A DNA stretch of 63,771 bases, counting the filler, from Perkinsus chesapeaki ATCC PRA-425 (lineage: Eukaryota > Protista > Perkinsozoa): assembly GCA_013115145.1 (NCBI GenBank). It is 12 parts of 12 records of this genome, joined end to end, with 100 filler letters (N's around TTAATTAATTAA, not from the genome) between each part and the next. Parts side by side here need not be neighbours in the genome. Positions count along the whole stretch, not along the records: positions 1 to 2,141 come from JAAPAO010001666.1; positions 2,242 to 6,329 come from JAAPAO010001320.1; positions 6,430 to 17,083 come from JAAPAO010000881.1; 9 more parts are not named here. One strand, 5' to 3'. The notes below the pieces were generated by a model, which was not told where the DNA came from, made no database searches, and saw only the letters and a list, made by a program, of their open reading frames with translations. A program made the position numbers and the translations under genes. Below are positions 1 to 12,600 of this stretch, piece by piece. Positions within the stretch are counted from its first letter, which is position 1. Every line of letters starts with the position of its first letter.

Positions 1-2141
1 TCTGAGACGGACGAGCGGATCATCCACCACCGTCTGGTCAGTATGGCCCGCGAGAAGAAGGTAGCCCAGTGCAACGAGACCGACCTCATCATGATCTGTC
101 CGGTAGTGATTGTCGATAAGCAAGGTCCTAATACTCTGCGGTTGTATCCCGATGAGAAGGTGGACGAGCGCTATCGTATCACACTAGACCTTCGTGGTGT
201 TAACTCGTTAAGTCTCGCTTATGATAGCACCGGTGCTTTCATATTACTTCCATCCAAGAATGCATCGGCTGTCAATACCATAGCTGCTTTTGACACGAAG
301 AGCTATCGACAATCAGAGGTGACGGCTCTGAAGCGTCTTCGGTCTATTCCGGCGGAGTACAACACTTACTATAAGCTCGACTTAAGGGATGCTTATTCGT
401 CAGTTGCCATCGATGGTTCTTTGCAACGGTGCTTTGGTGTCCTGTCTTATGATGTCAACAACGAGCCCTGTTATTGGCGCTATTGTGTGCTTCCCCAAGG
501 ATGGCAGTGGAGTTCCTTGCTTTTTGGTTCTGCGATGGAGTTCATGGTTATTATTATCCGAGACCGCCTTCGAGAACATGGGATTCCCGCTGTTATTATC
601 CACTGTAAAGACGATGTTGTCATAGCCGCCTGTTGTCCTAATCACGCTGCTATAGCTTTGTCGTGTGCCAAAGACTGTTTTGCAGAGTTTTCTTTCTGTG
701 TCAATGACCAGAAAACATACGGACCTGCTGACCGTATATGTTTCTTTGGTTTTGACCTAAAGAGGAACTGCGTGGCTCCGACATTAAAGAAGGAGTTCAC
801 AACCACGACGGTCGACTTGGCTCTGACAGAGTGGCGTTTGGAAAGCGGTTCCGACTCTCGTCAAAGACGGCTAACTTGGCTACGACATTGGTGTGGCATC
901 TTCCAGTGTTTCAAGGCCCATATGGATCACCAGTGTATGGACGCTCTACATCACCTGCAACAGGCCCTTTCCTTCTACCAGAAGACGGACGAGCAAGTGG
1001 ATAATAGTGTTCAGAATGGTGACTTTTCGGCGTCAGTGGAGATAGCTTTTGGAAAGCTGTGTACTATGTACCTAGAGAATGGTGTCACTCCTTTGTTTAC
1101 CGGCCTACTCCGTTTTGAGGATACCCTTGGTACCGTTATTCTGACCGACGCCAACTTGAGGTCTTTTGCTGGCATCATCCTGAGAGCGGTTCGGTCGACT
1201 CCTGCCACAGAAGCCCTTTCCAGCTCTACCAAGGTCCCTGTGGAATTTCCCGCAGCCTCTGACCTGTTCAGTATCGGCTCCGACGTTCCCTATGTCCTTC
1301 TTCCGGTCAAATTCGTTGGTGGCTCATTTACCCATACGGATCAGAGGAAGAGTTCGACGTTTAGAGAACGCTATGCTGTCTTGGACACAGTCTGGCAGGG
1401 CCGGGATATGCTAGCGGGGGAGGTGGTATGTATTGTGGACAATGCTAATACTATGAAAGCCTGGGCTGATGCTCACGATACCCTCCACGGTGTCTTGCTG
1501 ACGAAGTTTGAGAACGTCATGCGATGTGTCCACAAGTTTGTATGGATGAGAAGGCATTCGGCACCTAAGTGGGCAGATCAACTCGCACGGTCACTTGATG
1601 TGGTGTGCAAGGCTGCAGGTGTAGACGAAGTTGATGACGGTTCTGTTCCAGCTGACCCGTTAAGATTTTGTACCTCTTTCAGCACCCTTCAGCGAGCATT
1701 TACGGCATGGAAGAGCAGCACCGCTTTCTCGGAGACCGCAGTGATCCCCATTGATCCTGACGAAGCTCGGCAGTGGTTGCTGAAGGCTCAGGAGAGTGAC
1801 GATAACTGCAAGTTGTTCCGTGACCTGGTGGCTAAAGGGAAGACCAAATTCAGCATTGATGACTACGGTGTCCTCAGGCTTGGTGATAAATATGTTATAC
1901 CTTCCCGATATGGCAAGTCCTTGGTTACACGGTTGCACTGTTTTTATGGTCATCCTGGTGTTCGCCAGACTCTCCAAAGTGCAAGTAAAGATTTTTATAT
2001 CTATGGTATCGGCAACATTGTCCAGAAGGTGGTTTCGTCTTGCTACTGCCAGTATGTTCGTGCTAAACGCGGCCCGATCAAGCCTCCGGTGTCTTCCTTG
2101 CGAAGCACCATCCAGGTTAACGATCGTTGGTTTCTGGACAC
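1..2141 (+). mobile_element. LTR retrotransposon pol (RT - RNase H - start of integrase, Ty3/Gypsy domain order), truncated at both ends
   Basis: Frame is open from base 1 to the gap. RT motifs YKLDLRDAY, YCVLPQGWQWSSLLF, HCKDDVVI, ICFFGF. RNase H D/E/D/D residues in ILTDAN, STFRE, IVDNAN, WADQLAR. Integrase Zn-binding HCFYGH...CYC, then VNDRWFLD. No introns. Confidence 0.9.
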
Positions 2142-2241
2142 NNNNNNNNNNNNNNNNNNNNNNNNNNNNNNNNNNNNNNNNNNNNTTAATTAATTAANNN
2201 NNNNNNNNNNNNNNNNNNNNNNNNNNNNNNNNNNNNNNNNN
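2142..2241. other. Artificial contig linker (44N-TTAATTAATTAA-44N); first of 11
   Basis: Identical 100-bp joins start at 2142, 6330, 17084, 18342, 22423, 27422, 29451, 44446, 46203, 47397 and 62385. The palindromic 12-mer has stops in all six frames, and the genes on either side are unrelated and cut mid-ORF. Confidence 0.97.
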
Positions 2242-2390
2242 TCGATAGAACACCAGACACGCTACTCCCTCCTGGCCCTCCTGGTAGATAGAGGAAACTT
2301 GGGGTAGCAGCGGTGGGAGCCTCGGCATCAACCGTCATGTAGAAGTACCTGAGGAAACGTCGGCCATGTTGCACAGTGCATGATTCACCC
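2242..2390 (-). CDS. Serine carboxypeptidase (S10-like), 5' fragment cut by the gap
   Basis: YFYMTVDAEAPTAATPSFLYLPGGPGGSSVSGVLS resembles the S10 N-terminal motif (FYWFFES...PxxLWLNGGPGCSS). A possible upstream QQYTG exon is present. Confidence 0.55.
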
Positions 2391-3834
2391 CGTATACTGT
2401 TGACTCAACAGTGTTACTCAGTTATAGCTAACTTCCATTTCTTCGCACTAGAGCATACTAGCGAGCAACCTACTTATTAGATCCAGAAATCTCTTTAAAA
2501 CCATACAACTGCTCCCCTTTACTTCCCGGGCATAGGGGACCTCCATTGGATTGAAGCTGTCGCGGCTGATCACCTGGACAAGAAAAAAATAAGGAGGAGC
2601 GAGTAGTTTTTATACCACTTTTATAGTATAAGGCAAGAGTTGAACATGCCGATAACGCCTGAAGGGTGAAGAATCTCATGGACAGACAGGACTACCTGCA
2701 GTGTAGATGCTATATTATAATTATGATTATATATTATCGTCGTAGTAAATGAATATATTCGTTCAGCACACGAAAAGTTTGAGAGTAGAGTCTGGGCTTG
2801 TCCACCTCTCAGCCACGTACGCAGGCACACCGTAATCCGGTGACAGGATTCGGGTTTGCGTCGCGTGACTCACGCGTGTTGTAGTTCCAGATTGTTTACC
2901 ATCTTGCTGTACTTCATATTTCCCCACAACTCAATACTGACTGCTTAATACTGAATGCTCAGTCTCCGAGGCAATATCCTGAGTGGTTGCCTGATGGACT
3001 TAACCTTCGCCATTCTAGCGAAGAGCCTTCATAGCGATGGAGCCTCCATTATGGATCCCAATATCGATCAGCTGCGCAGAGAGAGAGTGTGTGCTTGCGT
3101 GCATCGATTAAGTGTAGATAGTGCGCTTATAGATGCACTCCCAGGGTTGTAGTATTGGTTGCTATATCTCAAGCTCCTTTGTGGTGCTACTATTCAGAGT
3201 TCATATGCTGATACCGCGACCCGTGTCTCGTCGTGAGAGCCTGATTAAGCCAGACTTCGTCATCCTTGAAGGCTTCAAGGACAGTGAAAGTCCTTAAAGT
3301 TAAAGGACGCTGAGCGGACTTAGAAGGACGGCCCTTCTCGGATAGTCCTCGACCCCGTTCTATACCCCGGTAAGCGGCTTGTTTGGCGTGAGAATCAGCT
3401 CGATCCATCAGATTGTTAATTATGTTCCAGTTTTATATTACTTGAATCATTTTCAGAGGTGTTCCGTGAGGAGCCCACCTTCCCATTGTACATAGTAGCG
3501 GGTCCGCAGACGAAACGTCGGATTATACCGTCGAGTTATAATTGTATTGAAATTATGAAAAAATTTTGCCTCAAAATAAGCCTCATTATAATCGATATCA
3601 TTGATTCTAGTCTTGAATCGGTCCACTGTTCACCAGGACACGGGTCTTCTTGGCATACACTCCTTGATGGTTCAGCCCATGTCCGTCCCAAACTACGTTG
3701 GGTGGTGAGCAACGGAGACGAGCGAGAACCATCTTGACAGAGTGAGTCCCTGAGTCCCTCTCCCTTTCCATTGGAAAGTTTCTAACAATTATGAGGGAGT
3801 GGAGGGCGGGACAAAATAAAGGAGACACTCAGAC

Positions 3835-4078
3835 TCTCTGCAGTAGCGAGATTAGAACTCTTCGACCTTCACTCAAGGTCTCAACCGCCTTCAGCGGCTC
3901 CCCCGATTGTCGTACGCGTGCACACCGTGACATAAAATTGACGAATGCGCTCGACGAGCGCCTCTTTCCCATCAGAGCGTATGATAGCACAAGCTTCGTC
4001 GTGCTTCGCATATGATTAGGAGAATGAGCAGGGAGAGCTACACCTTTTCAATATCTGGTTCGTCTTTGGGAACATCAG
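3835..4078 (-). CDS. Internal exons of an unidentified gene
   Basis: Three in-frame exons (4078-4044, 4003-3926, 3888-3835: DVPKDEPDIEK / HDEACAIIRSDGKEALVERIRQFYVT / AVETLSEGRRVLISLLQR) separated by 40-nt and 37-nt GT-AG introns. No family recognised. Confidence 0.35.
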
Positions 4079-5260
4079 CTGGGGTAGAAAATCAGCGGTT
4101 GATGATCAGCGGGCCGCTAATAGCGACATCTCCGATGACAACGGTCACGGAGGGCTCCAAAAGACTTCCATGGCATACTCGCTTACGTCCTTGCTGCGCA
4201 TGCATGCATGTAGCGTGTAAAGTTCACGGTGTATTTAAGCGGCTGTAAACTACTCCTCAATGCCTAATCATTCTGATTTTGGAATGAGGTGCTACCTCAT
4301 TTACCTCAGAGGTAGTTTACCGGCTGCCACTACTATCGCAAGTTGAATCCCGGTCAAGTCGGCTTTACGCCGTTTGTAACTCGTTTTGCACTCAGGGACC
4401 CTGAGTCAGGGTCTCCAAGCAGATCCATGTAAGGTGAAGATGGGTGGCTTCCTCAGTGATTATACCTTGAGTTGTATACTCACCTCTCATGCTACAGAAG
4501 CCCGAAGCTCATAGCAGTGCTATTATAGCACTGATGAAACAGCCTCTTTTCAAGCTCGGCGTTGAACTAGGAAGCTCACACACGAATGTCATTTTGAGGT
4601 TCGAAGTTCGACTTAGCCCTACGCAGTTCACTGCTTCGTGAGTGAGTTCCTTCTTTGAAAGATTTACACCATTTCACACTTGCAGGCATGCGGTATTTCA
4701 ACAGTTAAATGACACAGCACTTCTGCCGCAGATATGTGTTCCATCAAGCGCCCTGCAAGGGTTTCTTCGAAGATGCTTAATCATGGTTCCATACGATAGG
4801 CCTTAATGCTCGCTCACTAAGTAAAACACAACCTTAAGATAACTTCGAGTCTAAACCAGTCGATTACATGTTCCACCAAGTTTGTTGGAGAATATATTTA
4901 ACTAGCATAAAGCCTGTGAACAGGTTACCCTGCTATCCACGCAGAGGAGCTTCATGTAGCCCTTAGCTCTACTATGCAGCAGCAGCAGTAATGACAATAA
5001 AATGGGAAACATGAGTCACCGTGGTAGTGCAAAATTGAGTGGATAAGTATGAATGTATCAAAGTTCATTCAGGTTACCGAAGAGCTTCTGGACGCCTGAA
5101 AGATGATTTATTTATGCTGAATCAGGTAAGCCTTACCGACTGGCGGCTCATCGCTGTTCCTCGAGCCTGATCCCTTAGTCGTCCACTCTGGACACCACCA
5201 CTGCTCCTTGATAAGATTGAATCTAATGATGAAGTAACTCTAAAGATACGTTACGATAGC

Positions 5261-6329
5261 TTACGAGTAGAATCTGGCAGGAGCGCTGATGTCTTGGAAC
5301 CATCCTAGAGGAGTAGTCTCATGGGGGCTGGTATGACCAAGCGCGAAGTTCGACATGAAGCAGCGGAATCTGATGAAGACAAGAAACAACAGCTCATGTG
5401 GCAGTTGAACATAATCGCTTACCTGGACAATCTTCTAACAGCCCAAGCGTGATTAAATGGACATATCGATGGATCATCACACCACAGTCTTTCAGCTACA
5501 GCACTTGCACGGGGCCAAGCTCGAGCCATGAAGACACTCGCATCAACGAATTCACCTAAGAATCAATACCAAGATTTGTTAGGGGGAATGCATAATTGTG
5601 GTTTACCCCACAGACAAGCTTCTCCACCTTTAATAACACTTTTAGAATCTCTACGAAACGTCACATTGTAAAAGTCAGCCCATGTCCTGGAATTCAAAAT
5701 AGTTAAGCGTAGCTTAACAAACTCACTGTTGTAAGCCATCCAGGAAGAACCCTTGACTGAAGAGAAGACTCGCTTTATCGGGCAATCGGTGAGACTCCGC
5801 AAGCTGAGAAAAGACAACCGACTATGGAGTAAAACGTACGCCACAGACGCACCTCGACCAACTGTGAAGTATTGAACTTCCATACCTGCCAGGTGTCGAC
5901 AGGATCCAGAGCTGTGGCGTTATCAGTGAAGAAGTCATTCCACAAGGTAACTTTAGCACCTACAGAAAACTAAAGTGCAACCGTGAAAGGCTCACTCGCC
6001 TGTGGCTTTGGCAATCGCACCAACCACGTTGGTGAGCCAGTAGTCGCTGAGATCTGTCTGGTTGTGGAACTTCCTGAAGATGTTGAAGAGTGGTGAGGAG
6101 CACTATTGGTAGCGCTAGTACCCATATCGTTCAATCCAAGAACGCAGGGCTGTAGAATTCCAGGCATCGCCGACTTCATCTCCACCAAGATGAATAACAC
6201 GCTCGCCTAAAAAGTCGATGGCATCAGATTGATCAACAGATGTTACCGTTGTAAGGCTCATTGGAATTCTTATTGCCATAAAATAAGTTTACCACATCAG
6301 TGACCACCTTAACGACAAAGTCTTTGGTA
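5261..6329 (-). CDS. Beta-hexosaminidase (GH20), 3' half, multi-exon; 5' part lost in the gap
   Basis: Manual splicing gives IHLGGDEV (6192-6172, catalytic D-E), KVTLWNDFF, SQGFFLD, TWADFY, IKGGEACLWGEFVD, ARAWPRASAVAERL, RFRCFM, and a stop at 5263-5261. Largely invisible in the ORF track because exons are short. Confidence 0.9.
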
Positions 6330-6429
6330 NNNNNNNNNNNNNNNNNNNNNNNNNNNNNNNNNNNNNNNNNNNNTTAATTAATTAANNNNNNNNNNNNNNN
6401 NNNNNNNNNNNNNNNNNNNNNNNNNNNNN

Positions 6430-6540
6430 AAATATGTTACTAGTGATACGGAGGAGGAGATATAATAGAAAGGAGTTTGATAGGAAATATGTTACTAGTG
6501 ATGCGGAGGAGATATAATAGAAAGGAGTTTGATAGGAAAT
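6430..6540. repeat. 52-55 bp purine-rich minisatellite at contig start
   Basis: About 2 units of AATATGTTACTAGTGAT(A/G)CGGAGG..AGATATAATAGAAAGGAGTTTGATAGGA. The same family occurs at 47497-47612. Confidence 0.85.
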
Positions 6541-6637
6541 GTATCCCTAATGGAAAATGAAACCTAAAATACGGTGTTCACTGGGAATTGCATCGAACAT
6601 TTTTCCACTGCATCTGTAACCTCATTTCGATTATCAG

Positions 6638-9600
6638 ATTAAAGATCGCAAATGCGATGAACTCGAGATGAAGGCCGTAGAAGAGCGAGAGAGAATCGAC
6701 AACATGACACAGCACTTAAAGAATGTATGCATTGTGACATACCAGCATTGCTCTTGCAGTAGCGAAAAAGGTTCAAAAAGAAATTAAGAATTCAGAAGCG
6801 TTGCTTGACTTCAAGCGTAAAGAACTCGAGTCGAAGGAGCATGTAAGTTTCGTGGCGCAGTGACGATGACATACCGTCCCATTAGCTCTTGTCCCTTGAC
6901 CAGCGTCAAATAGGGCGCATTGAGGCGGACATATTGAGAAACCGTAAGATCATACAAGAGAGAAAAAACATGCTTAACGAGGCGAGAAACGCCATCGAAA
7001 AGTATCTAAAGCAGACGTGCTATTCTTGATTGACACTTCAGCGCGAATGCCAAGTTGGACAAACTCCGCACTGAGCTGGAGTGGGGTCAAGAGGAGCTGG
7101 AGCAATGGTCATTGGCGGCGCAACAGAAAGAGGAAGATGAAGTTCAACTTGAAGAATATAGACGATCTGATGATATTAAAGTTGGTGACGGGAAAATGCT
7201 CGACATCCTCAGTGACCATCGCGTTTACACTTACTGCCTCTCTTTGATAAAGGTTGATTTTGCTGAGTAAACGGCATGACTCGTGAAGGCCTTTATTCAC
7301 TTAAACAATCAATTTAACTATTGTTGATCAGCTTGCAGATCTCTTGGGGGCGAGAGAACGCTGTCGCTAGGAATAGATGGTGAATTCGAAGTTGTATTAG
7401 TATAAAGATGATAAGTTAAAATATATTAAATCGAGTGGCGATTGCTGTATCGTAGCACTATTAGAGGAAAATATGTCCCCAAAAATGAAGCCCAGAAAAT
7501 TATTGGAGTCGTCTCATTATGATTGGTCCGTGGCACGAACTTGGTGTTTGTCAGGTTAAGGGTCTTAGGAAGCAGCTGGAGGAGATACTTGAGAAGATAT
7601 ATGACAGTACTCAAGTTTTAAATGAAAGAGTAGGTTGAAATGTTAGTGGGGGAGTCAGCAATCAGCAATTGGCAAAAATGTTATAAGAACATTGTAAACA
7701 ATATGAACTGCGATCGAGAGGAACTCCAATGAAATCTAATCGAGAAAAATTTCAGTGGGCTCGGACGGTGGTGTGCATTATCGGTTTTTCAAAGTGTGGA
7801 TCCTCAGTGGGGATTTGGATCGTTCAACTCCTTTTCGGAAGAAGTCGACTCTGATTCATTTGTAGCCCTCCACAGTTAGTTGAAGTAACACGTGACATGA
7901 GATTAGGGTTGATTAGGTTAATGATGTCAGCAATGCTTTCTTCTTAACCTTCAATGCTTGGAATAATAATAATAATAGCATATTTGCGCAGTAGTGTTTT
8001 TCCTCACTAACATTTACCTTGTTTGTGCGACTTTTACTGTTTGTACTTTTCACGAATTTCCTTCATAAACTGTTTGAGAGTTTTCCTCCGTCGGAGGGAA
8101 GGCTTGAAATTTCAGTGTTCATTTTTGGCAAACATCCAAGTTGCGGATTGACAACGTGATTATATTATCGCTCTTCGCTTGTTTCGAAGCGCGTGTCTCG
8201 TGTCACGTCACGGAACTCTTGGAATCATGAGGATATGCACTTTGTGACAATACGGCGTGCGTGATATCTCAGGCAACCGAAACTGAGGCATTGCAAATAG
8301 AAATGAACAAGGTAAGTGAGCAGCTCGAGCAAGCGACAGAGGCCAGAGCAGCGTAAGAAGACCCTGGTTCGATCCGCGGTGAGTGCATTTTGATATCTCA
8401 GCGATCTGGCGGCTTGGGAAGCTGGAGTTGACGTTAACAAGAGGAAGGACGAGGAGCTGGTGGCTTTAGGCGAACAGTAAGGAAAATAGCAACTCTTGGG
8501 GGATCATTCTGAGTGGAAATTTCCTCGGCGTAGGGACCTGAGAGGGACGTTGAATTTCCTGGCGCAGTGACAAGCGGCATGTTCTCAGGCATGTCGAAGA
8601 GAGCAAACGTCTGAAGGAGAAAGAGCTGAGGCTGGCGGAGTTGCGAAAAATTGACGAGAATTTCGACAAGTCGATCAAGGAGGTTTAAATTTTCCGGCCA
8701 TCGTTTCGGTCATTTTTTGTTACTCAGAAAGAGGCTGTTGTCTCGCTGACTGATCGGGAACTTGGTCTGTTGCGGCTGGAAAATCTGAAAGTCAGGGAAG
8801 AAGTCGAGAAACTGCGAGATGAGGTGAGGGCGCGGTTTATATGTGGGCAATTGTAGGCGGCCCGCGGCGGCTGAGGTCTGCTCTGCGTCAGAACTGTACC
8901 ATTAGAGGCTTTGGCATAAGTGAAGTAGATGATGACTGAGGGCATGGCGATACACTGCACTTTATAAAATTGAGTGCAATATATAGTTTGTATATTTACA
9001 GTGAGGAATATAAGAATGATACCGAAACTAGTTTTTAGTGTATATTACTTTTCGCCATTCAATTTATGGATTGTAGACTCTGTAGTAGACTTGGCGAACT
9101 TGGACATTTTAATGTGTTCTTAAAGCGCAAATTCTCTGTCGGCTACTGAAAAATGACCTGTTAAAATATTGATAATATAAGTAATCGTTGAATTGAGGAA
9201 TACTTTTAATGGTAACTCGCAATCACTGTAGTGTCATTCGTACTTGTTTTGTTTCCCTTCGTTTATTGTCCTGCTAGAAATATAGGGAAATATCGGCCAA
9301 ACTCACAAACACAAGCGGGTTTAAAAATTATACGGAGACACTCTGCGAAATAGGTTGAAGTGATAAGAGCCGAAGTCAGCGCGGCTACTTCAGAGCAGAA
9401 CCAGAAACGGAACGAGATCGAGCAGTGGGAGAAGCGAGTCGAGGAACAGAAGGCTAAGGTGAATCCTCTACTGGTTCAGAAAAGAGAGGATACCGCTTAT
9501 TCGACTATAGACAGCTCGACCTATAGGAGAAATGAATAGATATCTTAGCTCGAAGCGCGGCTCAGCTGAAGAGACACTGCCGGGACACTGTTTTGAAATC

Positions 9601-12600
9601 TTCACTTCAAAATTATCGAGGAAGTCGAGATGACCGTTGATGATGCAATTGCGGTTAGGTGACTGTTCTGAATAAGAAACTCGCTGGAGAAAAGAAGAGG
9701 CAGGAGGAAGTTGTCAACTCTAAAATGAACAAGGTGAGGGAATTGGAATCCGGTCTACAGTAGTGGGAAGATAGACTCGTTATGGAGCTTATTACACTCG
9801 CACAGCTTTACTTGTAGTTTTGTTTGCCTTTCAGGAGCAGTTGGCTCGGGAGGCGGAGGGCATCCTGAATAAAGCCATCACGAGGGCAGGTGAATTGGAG
9901 TTGCAGTTGAAGCAAGCGAAGGAGGAATTATTCAAGACGACACAGGAGCTTTATAGAGGTTGGTTGGGTCCTTCGGCGATGACTATATGGACGCTCTCAG
10001 AAAGAGAAACGGAAACGACGAGACTGGGGGAGATATCTGGAATACAAAGTGCTATTAAGAATGTAAAGGCGAGGATATCTAAGGTTGAAGCTGAACGTCA
10101 AAGGCAACAAGTGAGTTAAGCAGATTCGGATCTGGAAGGATTCTTCGATAAAAAGTTGCGACAGTGGTCGGAACTTTTCGTAGGGACTCGGCGTGGTTTC
10201 AAGTTGATATCCCTCGTTTTGAGAATGAGTCATTTTTGTCGGAAATACATGATAGAGTTGCTACTGATGGGCTTTTTCGTGGTAAGAAAAATCTTCTGCT
10301 GAATAATTAGCTACGCGCGAGCTGATTTTGAACCATAATTCACATCATCGCGGCTAAGCGTGAGTTGGGCTGAAATGCCATCAAATGGAAATGACATTTA
10401 GCTTCATTTCCTCTGCTTGAAGAGAGCAATCGTCCATATACAGAAAAAGTGATCTATATTAATTGCTTCGCTCCGCCGATCTCAGGAGCTCCTCTACAAC
10501 GTTGATTTCGAATGTCAATTGATGCAGCGTAAAGTGGCTAGAATTAGTGGCGAGAGAAGCTCGGAGGAGAAAGCAGAATTGAATAGTAAAATAGAAAATT
10601 ACGAAGCTCAGTTGAAGGAGCAGCAGGTGAGGGTAGCAGTTGGGTGGCCATGAACGGCATCAAGGGCATCGACGATAAGGGGTAGAAATGTTGTGTTGTG
10701 CTGTCTACGTTGCACTGAAGTCGTACAAACAGACCACCGTATTCTTTCTTTGCTTTCCATTAATAAACAACCTCCTTTTTTATGAATATATTTTCTTTAT
10801 TCTTTTCTTGTTCATATATTATTTTTTTGACATGTCAATATCTCAGAGATTGCTCCAACTACTGAAGACGCAACTCAAGCTGCAGGACACGGAGCTGTTG
10901 CAAGCAAAGAAGCGTCTGAGCAAAGCTAGGGCAGTCGAAAAAGTAACTCTGGGCTCTGGTGATGATGATGATGTGATTCGGTTCATTCCAGGCGTGTGAA
11001 GATAAAATAAAGGAGCTAGAGCGGGAAATAGACATGTCAACTCGGGAGGATTCACAGAAAAAAAGTACCTTTTCGGGTGTCTAAGGCAGCTTTATTGTAT
11101 TATCGTGGTGCTGTATTTATGTGGGTAAGGACGGCAATATTGATAATACTGTAGGGCTGTCGTTACTGTGACATTGCGTGACACCGCACAATATTGTATT
11201 GTGCTGTGTCACGTTAAGAGTTACTCAAAGCTTTGTTAATCCAGTATTTACTTGAAGATAAACCCAAATGATCAAACTGTGAAAAATGCAGTCAAATTTG
11301 AACACCTTGTTAAATTCCCCGTCTGGCAGTAGAGGTTAAAATGGAAGTATGCATTACCTTACATGGCACGCACTAGAGCTTAATCTACCGTCTTCATCAA
11401 GTGAGACCACATAGATTAATTTTTGTGTAACCAAAGCCAATATCGAGCGCGTAACGTATAGACCAAACGTTGCATGGCAACTTGTCAGGAGAGCGAGACG
11501 AAGCCGCTGCAATGCGGGAATCGCTGAAGCTTGAAGTGGAACGATTGAAGGCTCCTCTTTTGGAACTGGTCGAACGCGTTGTCGAGGCAGAGAATAGAAA
11601 AATGGAGATGCAGCTTGAATTTAAGGAGAGAGAGCATGAAGTAGGAATATTAGTTAGAAGAATAGTTATTTTTGCAACTCATGAACGCCTGTGTCCTTCG
11701 CTGCTCATCGATGTCTGTAAAGGAGATGTTTTGACACATGTCCCGAACATGAACATCATGTCTGTGACACTGTGTGTTCCAAAATTCTTACGTGACTTTA
11801 GCCGCTTCTAAATGCTGGAAACCTCGTCGAATTGCTAGTTTAAGTCTGATAAATTGGCCTGAATGAATTGATAGATATTAGTGTCTCTCGCACTGCTCCT
11901 CCTCCACTTACTGGCTGAGATGTGAGCTTCGGTTCCTCAGAGGAACACCGTCCTCTTGTTTCAGCTACATATTATTAGTGAAGAGCTCCGCAGTGAACTG
12001 AGATTGGTTAATGAACAGAAGCAAGCATTACAGATGCAGTTGGGAGAGAGGAAGGAAGTTATATATAATATTAAAGCAAGGTAAGCAGCAGGAATAGAAG
12101 GAGATACTGTAAATACATCGCGTTATCAAGTCTACGACACATGGTCCAGGGAAATACCAGGGAAGCAAGAAAAGTCGTCTCGGTTCAGGGCAGGCGAGTA
12201 AACTATCCTCCTTAGGAGGGTAGTTCACTCGCTCGCCAGGTCACGCCACTGTAGCTCGTTTGAATGATAAGGGTGATCCGATGCGACATGACGATCGGGA
12301 AGATACCGTAGTAGATTGTATGTTGAAAAGATACAAGTATTGGAAGGATTGAAGGAAATATGTTAATAGTGGCGTGTTGCCAGCTTAGTGAAATATGCTG
12401 ATTTATTACTGTATTTTATTATATCTCTTCAATAAGAAAATTGAAGAGATATTATGTAGCTATTAAATCCTTATCAATTTTCTCTGAATTGAAGAGATAT
12501 AATAATAATAATAATAATGTAGTTGCTGTAGTCCTACTGAAAGACAACAGTGTTGGCCATTGGTTTTGGTGGAGTACATTACATCAAAGGGGTTCATGTC

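Noticed and set aside
2186-2197. ORFs ending in X...LIN or X...N
   Set aside because: The termini come from the artificial linker, not real C-termini.
3039-3071. LIDIGIHNGGS, methyltransferase motif I-like
   Set aside because: Followed by in-frame stops, and no other motifs could be linked to it.
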